NCBI GenBank assembly: GCA_000004985.1
Contig: GG738904.1
Direction: 5' to 3' (one strand)
DNA length: 64,000 nucleotides
DNA from: Naegleria gruberi
Lineage: Eukaryota
Positions 30,623 through 41,631 of this stretch are shown here, piece after piece. Made by a program: the position numbers and the translations under genes. How positions within the stretch are numbered: position 1 is the stretch's first letter; the number at the start of each line of letters is the position of its first letter. Under the pieces are notes generated by a model. The model ran no database searches and was not told where the DNA came from. It saw only the letters and a program-made list of their open reading frames with translations.

Positions 30623-31038
30623 TAAAATGTGCCATCAAATAAAATTTTATCAAAGGCCTTTATTGTTAGAAATAATAATTATTATTTAAATATTAAACAT
30701 TGTTACTTCATATAATCAAATTAAAAGCATGTTAAATGTTTAATATATAACAAATAATAACTGTAATAATCGGAATTGTAAAATTCTGGAAGATTTTAAA
30801 CAGTAGTGGTTTTAATTGGTTCAAAAAGTGGCAAAAAAAAATTTGGCGCAAAGAGCGGTCGACAATTTGTCGAGTCTTGCTGAATGGTTATTTTCAACTC
30901 TAGATTTGTAGTGTGAAAAGCAAACATTCAATTTCAAAATCTCTTTTACCCGAATGGCCTTTTGCGGTTAGAGCTCGTTATCACGCACTTGCTCAAGAAT
31001 CATTTTGAAAAAAAAACTTTACGAAACTTGCCTAAACC

Positions 31039-32448
31039 ATGAACGAAACAGAATGCAAGGATTGCGTCTCGGATAACCACAGCAAAGTTTCCAGCGCAAG
31101 CACATCCAACCTTTCCAACATTACCACAACCTCTGTAGGCTCTCTAGAATTATTCGAAACCATGATTGTCCAACCGATTGGCCATTCGATTCTTCAACTT
31201 TCGTCCAAACACAAAATTCTCATCATTTCCATTAAATGGTTTGGTTGTCCAATGTGCCAAAAATTAATCGACAATCTCGATGAATACCTCCCTTCTTTAC
31301 TAATGCTCAACATTATTCCTGTCATTTGCCATCAAGAAGACGAAACCAAATTTGGAAAGCACATTTCACATACGAAACTGTTTCATTGTAAAATTTCAAC
31401 ACAAGCCAAGAGGATGCTGTTGATTGACAAGGCAAGTGTTGTAAAGCACATGAAAGCCATGCCAACGATTTTGAAATTACTTGTCAAGGAAAAGAGAAAA
31501 TTATTTTTGCCTTCGCTGTCAGAAATCAAAGATATGGAGCTGGTGTCAACTTTTGGGATGCATATTGTGAGGAATGGACAAGTGGAGACTAGTTATTTTT
31601 ATAAGAATTTGTTGGATAGACCTGATTTGGGTCAGTTTGTGTTTAATCTTTCGAATAGAAAAGAAGAAACGATTCAGGAAGAAGGAGATGATAAGGAAAT
31701 GGTAATTTCGTATAAGAAGAGTGAAATTGAAGAAGTGGAGCAGTTTTTACCTAATCTTATCAAGCTATACCCAGATTTGAAGAAAGTTTTTTCATCAATT
31801 CGGCAAAAACGAGTTCAATTACCTTCTAGTGAACTTTCGAATAATTTACAAATAGGTCAGCCAACCTCCTCCACACCAACCTCACCTACCCTTCAAGTTC
31901 CACAGCCAGCTAACGGCGGTAGACCTTCCACATCATCAGTTGGCTCATCCTCTTCCTCAATTTCCACATCTTACATTAGCATGTCAAATGTCCTCGAAAA
32001 TGCCACAATGAGAACTTATTTCAAAGCTCACTTGAGTAACATGTACAGTTTGGAATTGGTTTTATTCCTCGAACAGGTGAATATTTACAAATTCCTTGTC
32101 AAGTCATTGAAATCTCAATCAACTTGTCAAAATTTACTTTCGTCTGAAGAGCAAATTCTTCAGGACATTAGTTTGCCAGCATCTGAAATGGTAACAACTA
32201 TCCCAGAGTATGAAACTAAAGCTAGATATATTGTGGAAACATTTTTGAATGATGAAGCCATGTTTCACATTAACACGAGTCGAAAGTTGACAGATAGAAT
32301 GAAAACCCTAATTGAAGAGAAGGGTTTTATTGAGGAATTATTTGATGAGATTGAAATGGATGTGAAAACTTCCATGTTAGTTTATTTATTTGCATCGTTT
32401 AGACAAACTACATTGTTTACTGAAATGATGCAACGATTTAAAAAGTAA
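31039..32448 (+). CDS. Protein with N-terminal CxxC (thioredoxin-like?) region, S/P-rich linker and C-terminal RGS-like domain
   Basis: WFGCPMCQ is a CxxC motif. The central tract is SSTPTSPTLQVPQP...SSSSISTS. The C-terminus, TYFKAHLSNMYSLELVLFLEQVNIYKF, fits the RGS consensus F..FL..E.S.ENL.F...VE.YK. Confidence 0.5.
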   Translation: MNETECKDCVSDNHSKVSSASTSNLSNITTTSVGSLELFETMIVQPIGHSILQLSSKHKILIISIKWFGCPMCQKLIDNLDEYLPSLLMLNIIPVICHQEDETKFGKHISHTKLFHCKISTQAKRMLLIDKASVVKHMKAMPTILKLLVKEKRKLFLPSLSEIKDMELVSTFGMHIVRNGQVETSYFYKNLLDRPDLGQFVFNLSNRKEETIQEEGDDKEMVISYKKSEIEEVEQFLPNLIKLYPDLKKVFSSIRQKRVQLPSSELSNNLQIGQPTSSTPTSPTLQVPQPANGGRPSTSSVGSSSSSISTSYISMSNVLENATMRTYFKAHLSNMYSLELVLFLEQVNIYKFLVKSLKSQSTCQNLLSSEEQILQDISLPASEMVTTIPEYETKARYIVETFLNDEAMFHINTSRKLTDRMKTLIEEKGFIEELFDEIEMDVKTSMLVYLFASFRQTTLFTEMMQRFKK

Positions 32449-32768
32449 AAAACTGAATAGTTTTCTACGACTATTTAATATTATTCAATGTATGAGCAAC
32501 CAAAGGATGATTTTATCTGTTGAAATATAGGAAACTAATTATTTGTGACCGAAACTTTGTAATTTGAAATATGAGTCGAAAAGTTAATTTGTAAATTGAA
32601 TCAAATTTTGACAAAGTGAATCAGTGAAGGTTTCATTAGGGGAAATCAGATTTCCATCCAAATTTGGAACCTTACATCTAACTTTTTGAGTTTGTTCCAA
32701 ATGAAAAACTATTCGAAATGGTTTAAATTAGCACCATGGTGGTTGAACTATGCTATCCAACAAAAAAA

Positions 32769-33740
32769 ATGAAAACAAATCTAATCTTTTCAATTGCAAT
32801 TCTACTCTTACTCGCAATCCTCTCAGTTCAAGCAACTGACAGCTATCAAACTAAACCTCCAGTTGTCGTAGTTGACAAGTATCACAAGCCAAAGCATTGT
32901 AAGAGAAAATGCTTAAAGCACAAGTGGATTAAGAAGTGTTTGAAACACAAACTCGTCGGTCAAAAGAAGGTCTGTGATCAATATGCCATTGTCGGTGCTG
33001 GCAAATGTCTCAAACATAAGAAATATTCCAAATGTGACAAGTACAGTAAGGCAACAAAGAAGTGTGTCTTGCATGCATACAAGACTGTTGGATGCGCCAA
33101 GAAGAAGTATTGGAAAGTTTGCGATTCTTATGGAACTAAGAAGATTTGCATCAAGAAGGGTTTCAAGAAGTTCTGTGCCAAGTACAAGATTATCAACAAG
33201 TGCGTCAAGAAGGGATATAAGAAGGTCTGTAAGAAATTCAAGAAGGTTCCAATCAAGAAGTGTGAAAAGAAGAAGGTCTGCGACAAATACACTGTTGATT
33301 CTTACAATAAGAAGGTCGCCAAATGTAGATATGTTAAAAAGTGCAAGATTGTTTCATGGGCAAAGAAATGCGCCAAGTATAAGAAGGTTAAATATTGTAA
33401 GGAGAGAAAATCAGTTAAGAAGTGTTGTCTCATTAAGAAGAAATTCTTCTGTGCCAAGCATAAGACCATCAAATTCTGTAAGCACAAGAAGACTATTTCC
33501 AAATGTGTCAAATATCAAAAGAAGAAGTATTGTGCCAAGACAATTATTATTCCACCAAGATGTATCAAGAAGAAGTATTATAAGAAGTGTTTGAAACGTT
33601 CAAAGGGTAAGAAGATTTGTAAGAAATTCAAATTTGTTGGTGGAAAGAAGAAGTGTTGCAAGTCAATCAAGAAGAAGATTTGTATCAAGAGAAAGACATG
33701 TAAGAAGTCATCAAAACCAATCGTTACACCATCCTTGTAA
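32769..33740 (+). CDS. Secreted, extremely Lys/Cys-rich protein (signal peptide + ~300 aa of KKC-type repeats)
   Basis: The signal peptide is MKTNLIFSIAILLLLAILSVQA. Then come ~48 Cys spaced 6-10 residues apart in K-rich context (CLKHK, KKCVKKGYKKVCKKFKK...). The predicted pI is extreme. The ORF track starts 11 codons upstream at 32736. Confidence 0.6.
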   Translation: MKTNLIFSIAILLLLAILSVQATDSYQTKPPVVVVDKYHKPKHCKRKCLKHKWIKKCLKHKLVGQKKVCDQYAIVGAGKCLKHKKYSKCDKYSKATKKCVLHAYKTVGCAKKKYWKVCDSYGTKKICIKKGFKKFCAKYKIINKCVKKGYKKVCKKFKKVPIKKCEKKKVCDKYTVDSYNKKVAKCRYVKKCKIVSWAKKCAKYKKVKYCKERKSVKKCCLIKKKFFCAKHKTIKFCKHKKTISKCVKYQKKKYCAKTIIIPPRCIKKKYYKKCLKRSKGKKICKKFKFVGGKKKCCKSIKKKICIKRKTCKKSSKPIVTPSL

Positions 33741-33783
33741 ATTAATAGCATTTACTGAAGAATAAACTAAAATTCTGGTTCTT

Positions 33784-33856
33784 AATCAAATATAAAAATT
33801 AATTCGCCCACCGTGGGGGTCGAACCCACGACCACAAGGTTAAGAGCCTTGCGCTC
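33784..33856 (-). tRNA. tRNA-Lys (anticodon CTT)
   Basis: The minus-strand sequence GCCCGTCTAGCTCAGTCGGTAGAGCGCAAGGCTCTTAACCTTGTGGTCGTGGGTTCGACCCCCACGGTGGGC(g) folds as a canonical cloverleaf with a 7-bp acceptor stem, a GTTCGA T-loop and a CT-CTT-AA anticodon loop. It closely resembles eukaryotic tRNA-Lys-CTT. Confidence 0.85.
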
Positions 33857-34316
33857 TACCGACTGAGCTAGACGGGCTACATGTTCATGATAAACGTATA
33901 CTATTGATAGTCTTTACCTTTCTCAAATGATTTTAATAGTTAATTGACAGTCATTTCCATAAACCAAACTGGTTCTTGAACTGCCCTCATCACATGCACA
34001 ATAATATTCCTCACAATATGATATAATTATTGGACTATCAGAATGTGAAACAACGTTTCCCAAAACAATTGAATGGCAGGAACCTCCAAATCAGTCAATA
34101 TTTCATAAAACATGCCATCCTTTACAATCAGCATTAAATTCCTCATCTCTCCAACAATTTCTTCATAAAATCTTCTCAAATAAACAGAAGTAGCATTTTT
34201 GCGATATTCTGAGAAGAAGGGAAATATAAAATCGAGAATGTTTAATAAATCATCATGGCGATGAACATTTTTTATATAAAAATTTTAAAAAGACTTTTTG
34301 AAATTGATTTGAATAA

Positions 34317-36629
34317 TTAATTATCATCAGTCATTGTATCAAAGTAATCTAAACTCTCTGCATTGTAATAAACATCCTCAATAATTTCAACAACTTGTGG
34401 AGAATAGTCGAGAGTGAGAGCAGCTTCCTTAATAAGTGGAATGTGTTCCTTATTTTCTTCTTTGAGTAATTCATTTCTAATCATTAAATAGTAGCATCGG
34501 AATACTGGATTAAGTAATTTAAAGCAATCTTCTACTAAGGATCCTTCATAGTGATCTGCTAAAGCGGCACACGAAATGACAATTCTGTCATTGTCTGAAT
34601 TTTGAAGGAGAGTCGAATCTGTGCACTTTTCAATCACATCCTTGTTCAGCACATCCACACCCGAGTAGAATTTGTTGGCCAATTTCAATCTAGGAATCAA
34701 GTAATGAAGTGGAGAAGCCAAATGATACACTACTTGTCCGCTATCTTGCATAAAGAGGAATCCACTATATTCCTTAGGATTGAGCTTGAGAGATTCTTCA
34801 ATCATGGCCTGTTTCCACTTCTTGAGAGAAAAACCATCCTGAACATAACTGGTCAATTCCTTCTCTTCTTGAATAATGTTTGGTTTATCTAAAAATCTAA
34901 AAATTGATTCATCAGCTCCATATTGTCCAATCATTGTCAGCTGCTCACCATTCCAAATAAACATTATAGTCGATTTCTTATTAAGCTCATCCAAGGAAAG
35001 ATTTTGTTGCTTCCAAACTCTCCAAAAATCTTCTCTCCAGTTTGCTCCCTTTTTTTTAAGGAGTGGCCAATCAATCCAGTCTTGATTATCCAATTCAGGA
35101 CAGCTCACTTTCCATTCATTATTGTAGTGGAAGAGACTCACTCTCTTTCCGCATGGAACCTTGAAGCAATAGAGGTAGTCATCAAATCTTGGGAGTATTG
35201 ATGAATCTCTCAGATCAACAGTTCTACCACAAGTTTGTGAAACTATTGAGTAGCACTTGTCAAATTTAATGATACAACCATCAAGAGCCATTAAGTGTGG
35301 ATGAAGGTTGTCAACATTTGGAGGGATGGAGCATTGGAACAGGGTGGCATTTTCGATCTCTGAATTGTTACTAGCTTCAAATGGCACTACTCTAATTCCA
35401 AATAAGTGTTTTAAAACGTAAATTCCATTCATGAAGAGATTGGCAACATAGGATTCAATTGAGCTGATTTTGTTTTTCTTGATATGTTTAGATTCATTCC
35501 TGAATGATGCTCTCAATTTAGAAAGATTATCTGTAATGCAAAACTTGTTCAAGAAATTAATGACATCCTTTTGTTTTTCCAAAAGTTTCTTACCAAACGC
35601 AATAACTTCATCACAATCATCAGTGAATTCAACTTTTAACTGATCATACTCAGGCAAAAAATTCTGCTCATATACATCCCAATTATGATTCGGGAAACTC
35701 AAGACATGATCTTGAAAATCGTTCATCTCTTGGTAGTCTGTAATTTCATTATTTTCCATCAATTGTCTGGAAAATAAGAGTTTTCTCTTGCCATGAACAA
35801 TATTCTTTTTAGAGGTTTTTAGTAATGCTTGGGTAGGTCTTCTCGATAAGTAACCAGTGTAAACGTCTTGATAGTTTTCTCTTTCATCAGAATATGAACC
35901 ATTTTGTGCAAGTTCGAAAAATCTCTTTGCTTTTTGGAAACAATAATCCAATTCTTCTGCATTTGCACTGATTAATCTAGGAATATTTAAATGATGAATA
36001 GCCCAATTCTTTCTGAAATAGCTCATCTTTTCATCTTCATAAATGACATAAACCTGATCAATCAAATGACTTGTCACTGCTTGGTTATATACAGGTTGAT
36101 GATAATGCATGTATGAAATGAAATAACTAGTGTTATACACTGAAACATCCAATTTAAACTCAATGTCTTCTCCCAAGCAGGTCTTGATCGAAATTTGAGT
36201 CTCCCACTTGCTTTGCATATCACTTGCCAAAGCTCCCAATAATTCATCTGTAGATTTATATTCATCCACAACCAAAATTATATCAAAATCAGATTCTGCC
36301 AAATATTGAATCACCTCCTTCTTTTCATCATTCCTCCAACAAACACCAATCAATTCATTCCCATGCGAATCAGTCACTCCATATGGCTCGATCGATCCAG
36401 CATCTCTCACCTGTGAATAATAGGCCTGTGATCCGAAAATATACATTCCTCTCACCTGATCATCACCAAACTTTTCAATTCCCATCTCCCGAACAATTTG
36501 CAAGATCGGATCCTTAAAATCTGATAATTTTTGTATGGAATAAATTTTCTCCCCCTCCCCTGAAGCTGAAGAAATCATAGGATCATGATCAACAGCATCA
36601 TCAGACATTGTAATATTGTTGCTATTCAT
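34317..36629 (-). CDS. Hypothetical protein (770 aa), no confidently recognised domain
   Basis: It is a long ORF with genome-typical codon usage. The N-terminus has a weak GS...DFDII pattern (nucleotidyltransferase-like?), but the spacing is atypical. Confidence 0.5.
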   Translation of the reverse strand: MNSNNITMSDDAVDHDPMISSASGEGEKIYSIQKLSDFKDPILQIVREMGIEKFGDDQVRGMYIFGSQAYYSQVRDAGSIEPYGVTDSHGNELIGVCWRNDEKKEVIQYLAESDFDIILVVDEYKSTDELLGALASDMQSKWETQISIKTCLGEDIEFKLDVSVYNTSYFISYMHYHQPVYNQAVTSHLIDQVYVIYEDEKMSYFRKNWAIHHLNIPRLISANAEELDYCFQKAKRFFELAQNGSYSDERENYQDVYTGYLSRRPTQALLKTSKKNIVHGKRKLLFSRQLMENNEITDYQEMNDFQDHVLSFPNHNWDVYEQNFLPEYDQLKVEFTDDCDEVIAFGKKLLEKQKDVINFLNKFCITDNLSKLRASFRNESKHIKKNKISSIESYVANLFMNGIYVLKHLFGIRVVPFEASNNSEIENATLFQCSIPPNVDNLHPHLMALDGCIIKFDKCYSIVSQTCGRTVDLRDSSILPRFDDYLYCFKVPCGKRVSLFHYNNEWKVSCPELDNQDWIDWPLLKKKGANWREDFWRVWKQQNLSLDELNKKSTIMFIWNGEQLTMIGQYGADESIFRFLDKPNIIQEEKELTSYVQDGFSLKKWKQAMIEESLKLNPKEYSGFLFMQDSGQVVYHLASPLHYLIPRLKLANKFYSGVDVLNKDVIEKCTDSTLLQNSDNDRIVISCAALADHYEGSLVEDCFKLLNPVFRCYYLMIRNELLKEENKEHIPLIKEAALTLDYSPQVVEIIEDVYYNAESLDYFDTMTDDN

Positions 36630-36840
36630 TTGTTTTTAATATTTTGAATTTTTTTTTGAATTTATTTTTTGTTGAGTTTTTGAAAGTTCCAATTTGAATT
36701 TGATTAAATTTTTGGATGTGAGTGCGAACTTGTATTACAACAAATTGTAAAACACGTTGTTTCTTGAAGAATTCAAATCGTAAATGATTAATAGTTAGTC
36801 AATGGATGGACCTGGGTGACACATTGAAATTCTTCAGGTC

Positions 36841-38973
36841 TTAGTCAACATCTTCCATGTAATGTCCATCATGATTAATAAATTTCCAATTTTCTAGCAA
36901 TTTATCAATTGACATTCTTTTTGAGGGATCTTTGTGCAATAGCCCACAGAGAGTTTCCTGTAACATTGTTGTTTGTCTATCACTTAGCTCAGGATATTTG
37001 TGAACGAGTTCATCAATAACTTCATTAATAAATGAGTGAATCGCTTCATGTGAATCATGAGCAGCAACCCATTCACCAAATCCAATTAGTTTTTCATATT
37101 CTTGATTGGTGTTTTCATGAAAACATTTCATCCTTTTCATAACAAGCTCTTCAGATCCATTGTAATTAAGCAGGAATTTTAGAATTAATAGAAGAATATT
37201 AATTCCAACACTCCAAGAATCCATTCTAAACATAAAATTTGTGTGGATGATTCTATTTCCAAAATTATATTTGCAGTAATAAGATTCTGGTGAATTTACA
37301 AAGTCTGTTCCAGTTGTGGGAAGAGAAATAATAACTTTGTCATTGAAAATCTCCATGTCTGAAACATCAATTGATTCCTCAAAATCACAGAATAATAATG
37401 TAAATATCTCATTAACGAATTTAGATAATAAATTATCTGATTTGGTATCCATGTGAACTATATTAAGAGAATGCAAATCCTTAACACAGAGACATATTAA
37501 TTCAACCTTGTTAAGGAAATCGGTAATGTTAGATATTTTGTTTTTTTCTAAATATTTAGAAAAATCAGCTTCACATCTCTCCATTAAAACAAATTTCATT
37601 TCTGAACCGTCGTCGCTGAACGCATGACCAGCCCTCAAGACTTTCACTAAATATTGTTTCTTATGTGTTAATAATTTCTTATATATTTCTTCGAAATTAT
37701 ATGAGTGATCCATTGGAATTGTTTTCAAATATTCACTTTCACTATTTACACATTCTTTAAGCTCTCTTAGTGATATTATGTCTAATTGCTTTTCTTTGTT
37801 TTCTTCCATCTTTTTGAGAACAGTATAATGACTCAAATGTTGTAATTGATCAATAGATTCAATACGAGATCCAAGAGGTTCAATTAAATATTCCAAAGAC
37901 TGGTCATTAAATATTTCTTTACATTTTTCTATTAGTTTTTCCAAATCCACACCATTGAGCATTACAACATGTTGTACTTCATTGAGGTAATGTACAAAAA
38001 TGTATCGAATAGTTGAAAATTCATCCCACATGGGAGCCACAATTATTGTTTCCTTCTTGATAAGTTTCTTCCAAACTATTGGATCACACTCAAGTTCTCC
38101 AAAATATGGATCCGTTAATGATGGAAAGGAATTCATTTCTTGATAGATTTGTCTTGCTTTTCCTCCTTCACCTATCGACAGGTTTCTTATAATTTTATAT
38201 ACAAATCCTGCCTTACATTTAGGGTCAATACACAAAATGTTTTCAATGCATTGAATTGCATCATTAAATTCTCCTAAATTTAAATGGCAATTTGCCAATA
38301 GTAACCGAATACCAGTTAAAAAATTCAAATCTTTCAAAATTTTGTAAAAGTAGGTTTTTGCACTTTCAAAATTTCCAATTTTGTAATAATCTAAAGCAAT
38401 TTGAAAAATGCTCTCTATATAGTTTGCAGTTATTATCGTACAGTCTGAAAATTCAGTTGTGTTCTTCTTAATAAATTTCTTTGAATCAATAATTGATTCT
38501 ATAATTTTCAGACATTGCATTCTTGTTAGTTCGCGACCTTTAATTTTCATTATTAAATCAATCAGTTCAAAATCAATTCCTCTTTTCTCCAATTCATGCT
38601 CTATATTATCTGAATCTATTTCCTCTCCAAAAACAAAATTATTTTCTAATTTCTTAATTCCTCCAATCTCTTCAAAACTTGATACTTCAAAATCTGTTAA
38701 TCTGATTATTGGAAATTCTATTGGATTAATATTCAATACTATAAAATTATTTACGCTAATATCGTAATGTATAACTTTATGCCACGGCCTTGTTTGTGTT
38801 AAATAATTTTTCAAGAATTTTAGTAATTCATCTTGACCAAAATTCGAAACTGAAACTAATCTTGGGATCAAGTGCTCGATCTCCTCGTTATCAAATTCGA
38901 AAACATAATCCAATGTATTATTCAAAATGATTACTATTTCCGTGTGGCCCAAGTTATTCGCAAGATCTATCAA
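36841..38973 (-). CDS. TPR-repeat + protein-kinase-like protein (710 aa)
   Basis: The central TPR-like helices are NFESAKTYFYKIL...LLLANCHLNLGEFNDAIQCIENIL. The C-terminal kinase-like region has LHSLNIVHMDTKSDNLL, an HxDxKxxN catalytic-loop variant, followed by an activation/helical region. Confidence 0.55.
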   Translation of the reverse strand: MIDLANNLGHTEIVIILNNTLDYVFEFDNEEIEHLIPRLVSVSNFGQDELLKFLKNYLTQTRPWHKVIHYDISVNNFIVLNINPIEFPIIRLTDFEVSSFEEIGGIKKLENNFVFGEEIDSDNIEHELEKRGIDFELIDLIMKIKGRELTRMQCLKIIESIIDSKKFIKKNTTEFSDCTIITANYIESIFQIALDYYKIGNFESAKTYFYKILKDLNFLTGIRLLLANCHLNLGEFNDAIQCIENILCIDPKCKAGFVYKIIRNLSIGEGGKARQIYQEMNSFPSLTDPYFGELECDPIVWKKLIKKETIIVAPMWDEFSTIRYIFVHYLNEVQHVVMLNGVDLEKLIEKCKEIFNDQSLEYLIEPLGSRIESIDQLQHLSHYTVLKKMEENKEKQLDIISLRELKECVNSESEYLKTIPMDHSYNFEEIYKKLLTHKKQYLVKVLRAGHAFSDDGSEMKFVLMERCEADFSKYLEKNKISNITDFLNKVELICLCVKDLHSLNIVHMDTKSDNLLSKFVNEIFTLLFCDFEESIDVSDMEIFNDKVIISLPTTGTDFVNSPESYYCKYNFGNRIIHTNFMFRMDSWSVGINILLLILKFLLNYNGSEELVMKRMKCFHENTNQEYEKLIGFGEWVAAHDSHEAIHSFINEVIDELVHKYPELSDRQTTMLQETLCGLLHKDPSKRMSIDKLLENWKFINHDGHYMEDVD

Positions 38974-39176
38974 TGCTTCAATTTCATGATTAGCAAGTTC
39001 CGATCGAGCTAAGAACCTCTTTCAATTTTTCTGGATTGTTTTCGTTCACACAATCAATACAATTTTGAAAGACTGAAGAATGGATATTCTCCAAGTTTGA
39101 CAACTGTTTTTCTGTCATCACAATATTACATTCAATATTTTTTTTAATTATTTTAAATAATTTTATTCGAAAGATC

Positions 39177-41357
39177 TTATTGTTTATCATTTTTATGACC
39201 ACCAGTGTACATTCCCACAACATTTGAATTACTTCCATTATTAAACTCTGATTCACTTGAATATTGTAATTGACAATCATCTTCTGGTAAAAATTTCAAA
39301 ATAAATTCACCAATCGATGGTGGAACCAAAACTTGAGCTGGATTGGTGCTCTTCTTATCACTTCCTCTAATCATGGAAGACCACGAGCTCAATAAACCAC
39401 CTCCACTACTACTACTACTGCCACCACTCATCGATGAATTCTGATGTGATGAGGTAATGCTTAATGATGGTTGAGTTGAATTCAAAATTTGAGTAATTGA
39501 ATTGTTCAATGAATTTTCATCCAATACGCTCTTCTTGATCTTGAAATTCATTTGAACATCCTTAATGTTGGTAATGTGATTTTGGAGAGCTGCTTGAATG
39601 TGACTGGTCAAGTATGAAGTCATGCAGTGAATTCTCTCAGTAGATTGAGAAGCCAACCAGATACGAATCAAAGCATAGGTCAATTGATTGTACTTTTGTC
39701 CAACTTCAGAGTCCTTCTTTGCCAAAAAGACATGATTAATAACTCGATTTCCACTTCCAGAAGTAAAGAATGGAGCAAATCCAACTGTAATGTTCTGACC
39801 ATTCGAAGAGGATCCATTCACAATATTCACCTCCTTACTTCTCAATTCTCCAGGGAAGGCATCGACAACATATCTCTGAACCATCTTGTTGAAATCTTCC
39901 AAAGTTTCACACTCTTTAAAATTGTGAACGACTACTACGGTAATCTTTCTTGGTTTTCCAGTGGTTGGATTAATACCAGTATCTCTCCTATTCAATAAAT
40001 CGTACAATTTCTCATGTTCTTCCCATGTCATTTCATTTACAACGTAGAGAATAAAGTGAGACATGTTCAACAGAACTTCCTCAATGGTATCTTCGAGCAT
40101 TCTCTTCTCACGAACGTTTCTCTTAATGGCCTCATTCCATTGTTGCTGTTGAATAATTTCTGGATCGATCCACATTTGTTGTTGAGTGCTTGTGGATGAG
40201 AGTGGAGTAGTTGGCATCTTTTTTGAAGCTGTCAATTGTTGATTTTCATGAACGATAATCTCATCAGAGGTAGGAACCATTCCTTCCTTTTGAATTTCTC
40301 TCAATTGTCTCTTGACATCTGCCACTCTGACAGCTCCTCTCAATCCCATTGTATCAACAAGTAACCAATCTCTTCCTTGATTATTCTTTGGAACTTTGAA
40401 ACAAAGAGCTGGAGTACTCTGAGTCAATCCAACTCTCAAATCAGATCCACTCAACTCATTCAACAAGTGAGTTTTTCCACTATTCTTAAATCCCAAAACA
40501 CTGACAACACAACTTGGTTGTTGTGTGAATTTGTGTTCAATTTCAGCAAAGTAATTGATATAGTGATGATCACGACGATTACGATGCTTCTTTCTAGAAG
40601 AATTTGATGGATTGGCAGTTGAACTGAATGGATCATCAACATTTGAATCACGTGGAGTCAATTCACCATCTGAAGCACTCGACAAATCTGAATGATCAGT
40701 TGCTGTATTATTACTTGGCAATCCTCCACATGCAAAACTAGGAGATGGAGGTCTAGAAGGTGCATTTTGAATGGCACTTGCAGTTGGCAACACTCCAGGA
40801 ATAATTGCCTGAGTATTAATATAGGAATGATTCGAATTTTGTGTCATTTGATTTTGAATACTATGATAAATATGTTCATTCTGTTCTTGATGAGCTAGAG
40901 CAGCTGCTTGATTCATAGATTCTCTTATTCTATCCAAAATTCTCAATTCCAATTCAGTTGACAATTTAATTGACCATCCCTTATGTGTCAAATGATGAGG
41001 AGAAGGATCATCCATGTCAACAATCAAATCATAATCTTCATGATCATCTGTAAATAAATTTCCACCATTCCATTGATATTGATTGTAATATTCCATCATT
41101 GAAGGTGATAATTGATGAAGAAATTGAGACGAAACTTCTAAATGTCCGCTTCCCAAATTGCCGTTATTATTCGAAACAAAATTATTTTGAAAATGATATT
41201 GATCAGATGAAGACATGGAACTTCTGTTGGAGGAATTAGGAGAGCTGTGATGATAGAAAGCGTGATTACTTGCCACTAATCCTGAAGAATTAATTTTGGA
41301 CAGGTCAGTTATGGCATGTGAAGGACTACCAGTTTGTGAATTGATGGTATTTCCCAT
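39177..41357 (-). CDS. P-loop NTPase (GTPase-like) protein with S/Q/N-rich low-complexity flanks (726 aa)
   Basis: The Walker A/G1 motif is VLGFKNSGKTHLLNEL and the G3 motif is LLVDTMG. Long N- and C-terminal low-complexity regions flank it. The family is not assigned. Confidence 0.5.
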   Translation of the reverse strand: MGNTINSQTGSPSHAITDLSKINSSGLVASNHAFYHHSSPNSSNRSSMSSSDQYHFQNNFVSNNNGNLGSGHLEVSSQFLHQLSPSMMEYYNQYQWNGGNLFTDDHEDYDLIVDMDDPSPHHLTHKGWSIKLSTELELRILDRIRESMNQAAALAHQEQNEHIYHSIQNQMTQNSNHSYINTQAIIPGVLPTASAIQNAPSRPPSPSFACGGLPSNNTATDHSDLSSASDGELTPRDSNVDDPFSSTANPSNSSRKKHRNRRDHHYINYFAEIEHKFTQQPSCVVSVLGFKNSGKTHLLNELSGSDLRVGLTQSTPALCFKVPKNNQGRDWLLVDTMGLRGAVRVADVKRQLREIQKEGMVPTSDEIIVHENQQLTASKKMPTTPLSSTSTQQQMWIDPEIIQQQQWNEAIKRNVREKRMLEDTIEEVLLNMSHFILYVVNEMTWEEHEKLYDLLNRRDTGINPTTGKPRKITVVVVHNFKECETLEDFNKMVQRYVVDAFPGELRSKEVNIVNGSSSNGQNITVGFAPFFTSGSGNRVINHVFLAKKDSEVGQKYNQLTYALIRIWLASQSTERIHCMTSYLTSHIQAALQNHITNIKDVQMNFKIKKSVLDENSLNNSITQILNSTQPSLSITSSHQNSSMSGGSSSSSGGGLLSSWSSMIRGSDKKSTNPAQVLVPPSIGEFILKFLPEDDCQLQYSSESEFNNGSNSNVVGMYTGGHKNDKQ

Positions 41358-41631
41358 TTTTCTATTAACAGTCGGTTAGTTTGGTGGTTAGTGGAAGGAA
41401 AAACTGCTTCCCAGTGTTGAAATTTTTTTTAAATTTATTTTTAATTTTTTAATTAATTGATGACGTTTGACTTGCAAGCAATTTCCATATGTGTGAATTG
41501 GGAAACCTTATCATTTGAAAATTATTGAAATATTCTTAAATTCTTTCAATAATAATTAGCAGTACATTAAAGAGATTGATTCTACTATTTTTCCTTCACA
41601 AATCACTTTCTAATTTTGCTCTTTCGAATAA

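Noticed and set aside
33740-33856. Functional coupling between the Lys-rich gene and the adjacent tRNA-Lys(CTT)
   Set aside because: It is an appealing idea since the gene is AAG-rich. But one tRNA gene next to one ORF is no evidence of coupling. I note it only as a curiosity.
34317-36629. N-terminal GS...DFDII pattern as a cGAS/OAS-type nucleotidyltransferase
   Set aside because: The GS-to-DxD spacing is ~50 residues instead of 10-20, and no third acidic residue or helical partner is evident. I mention it only as a weak hint.
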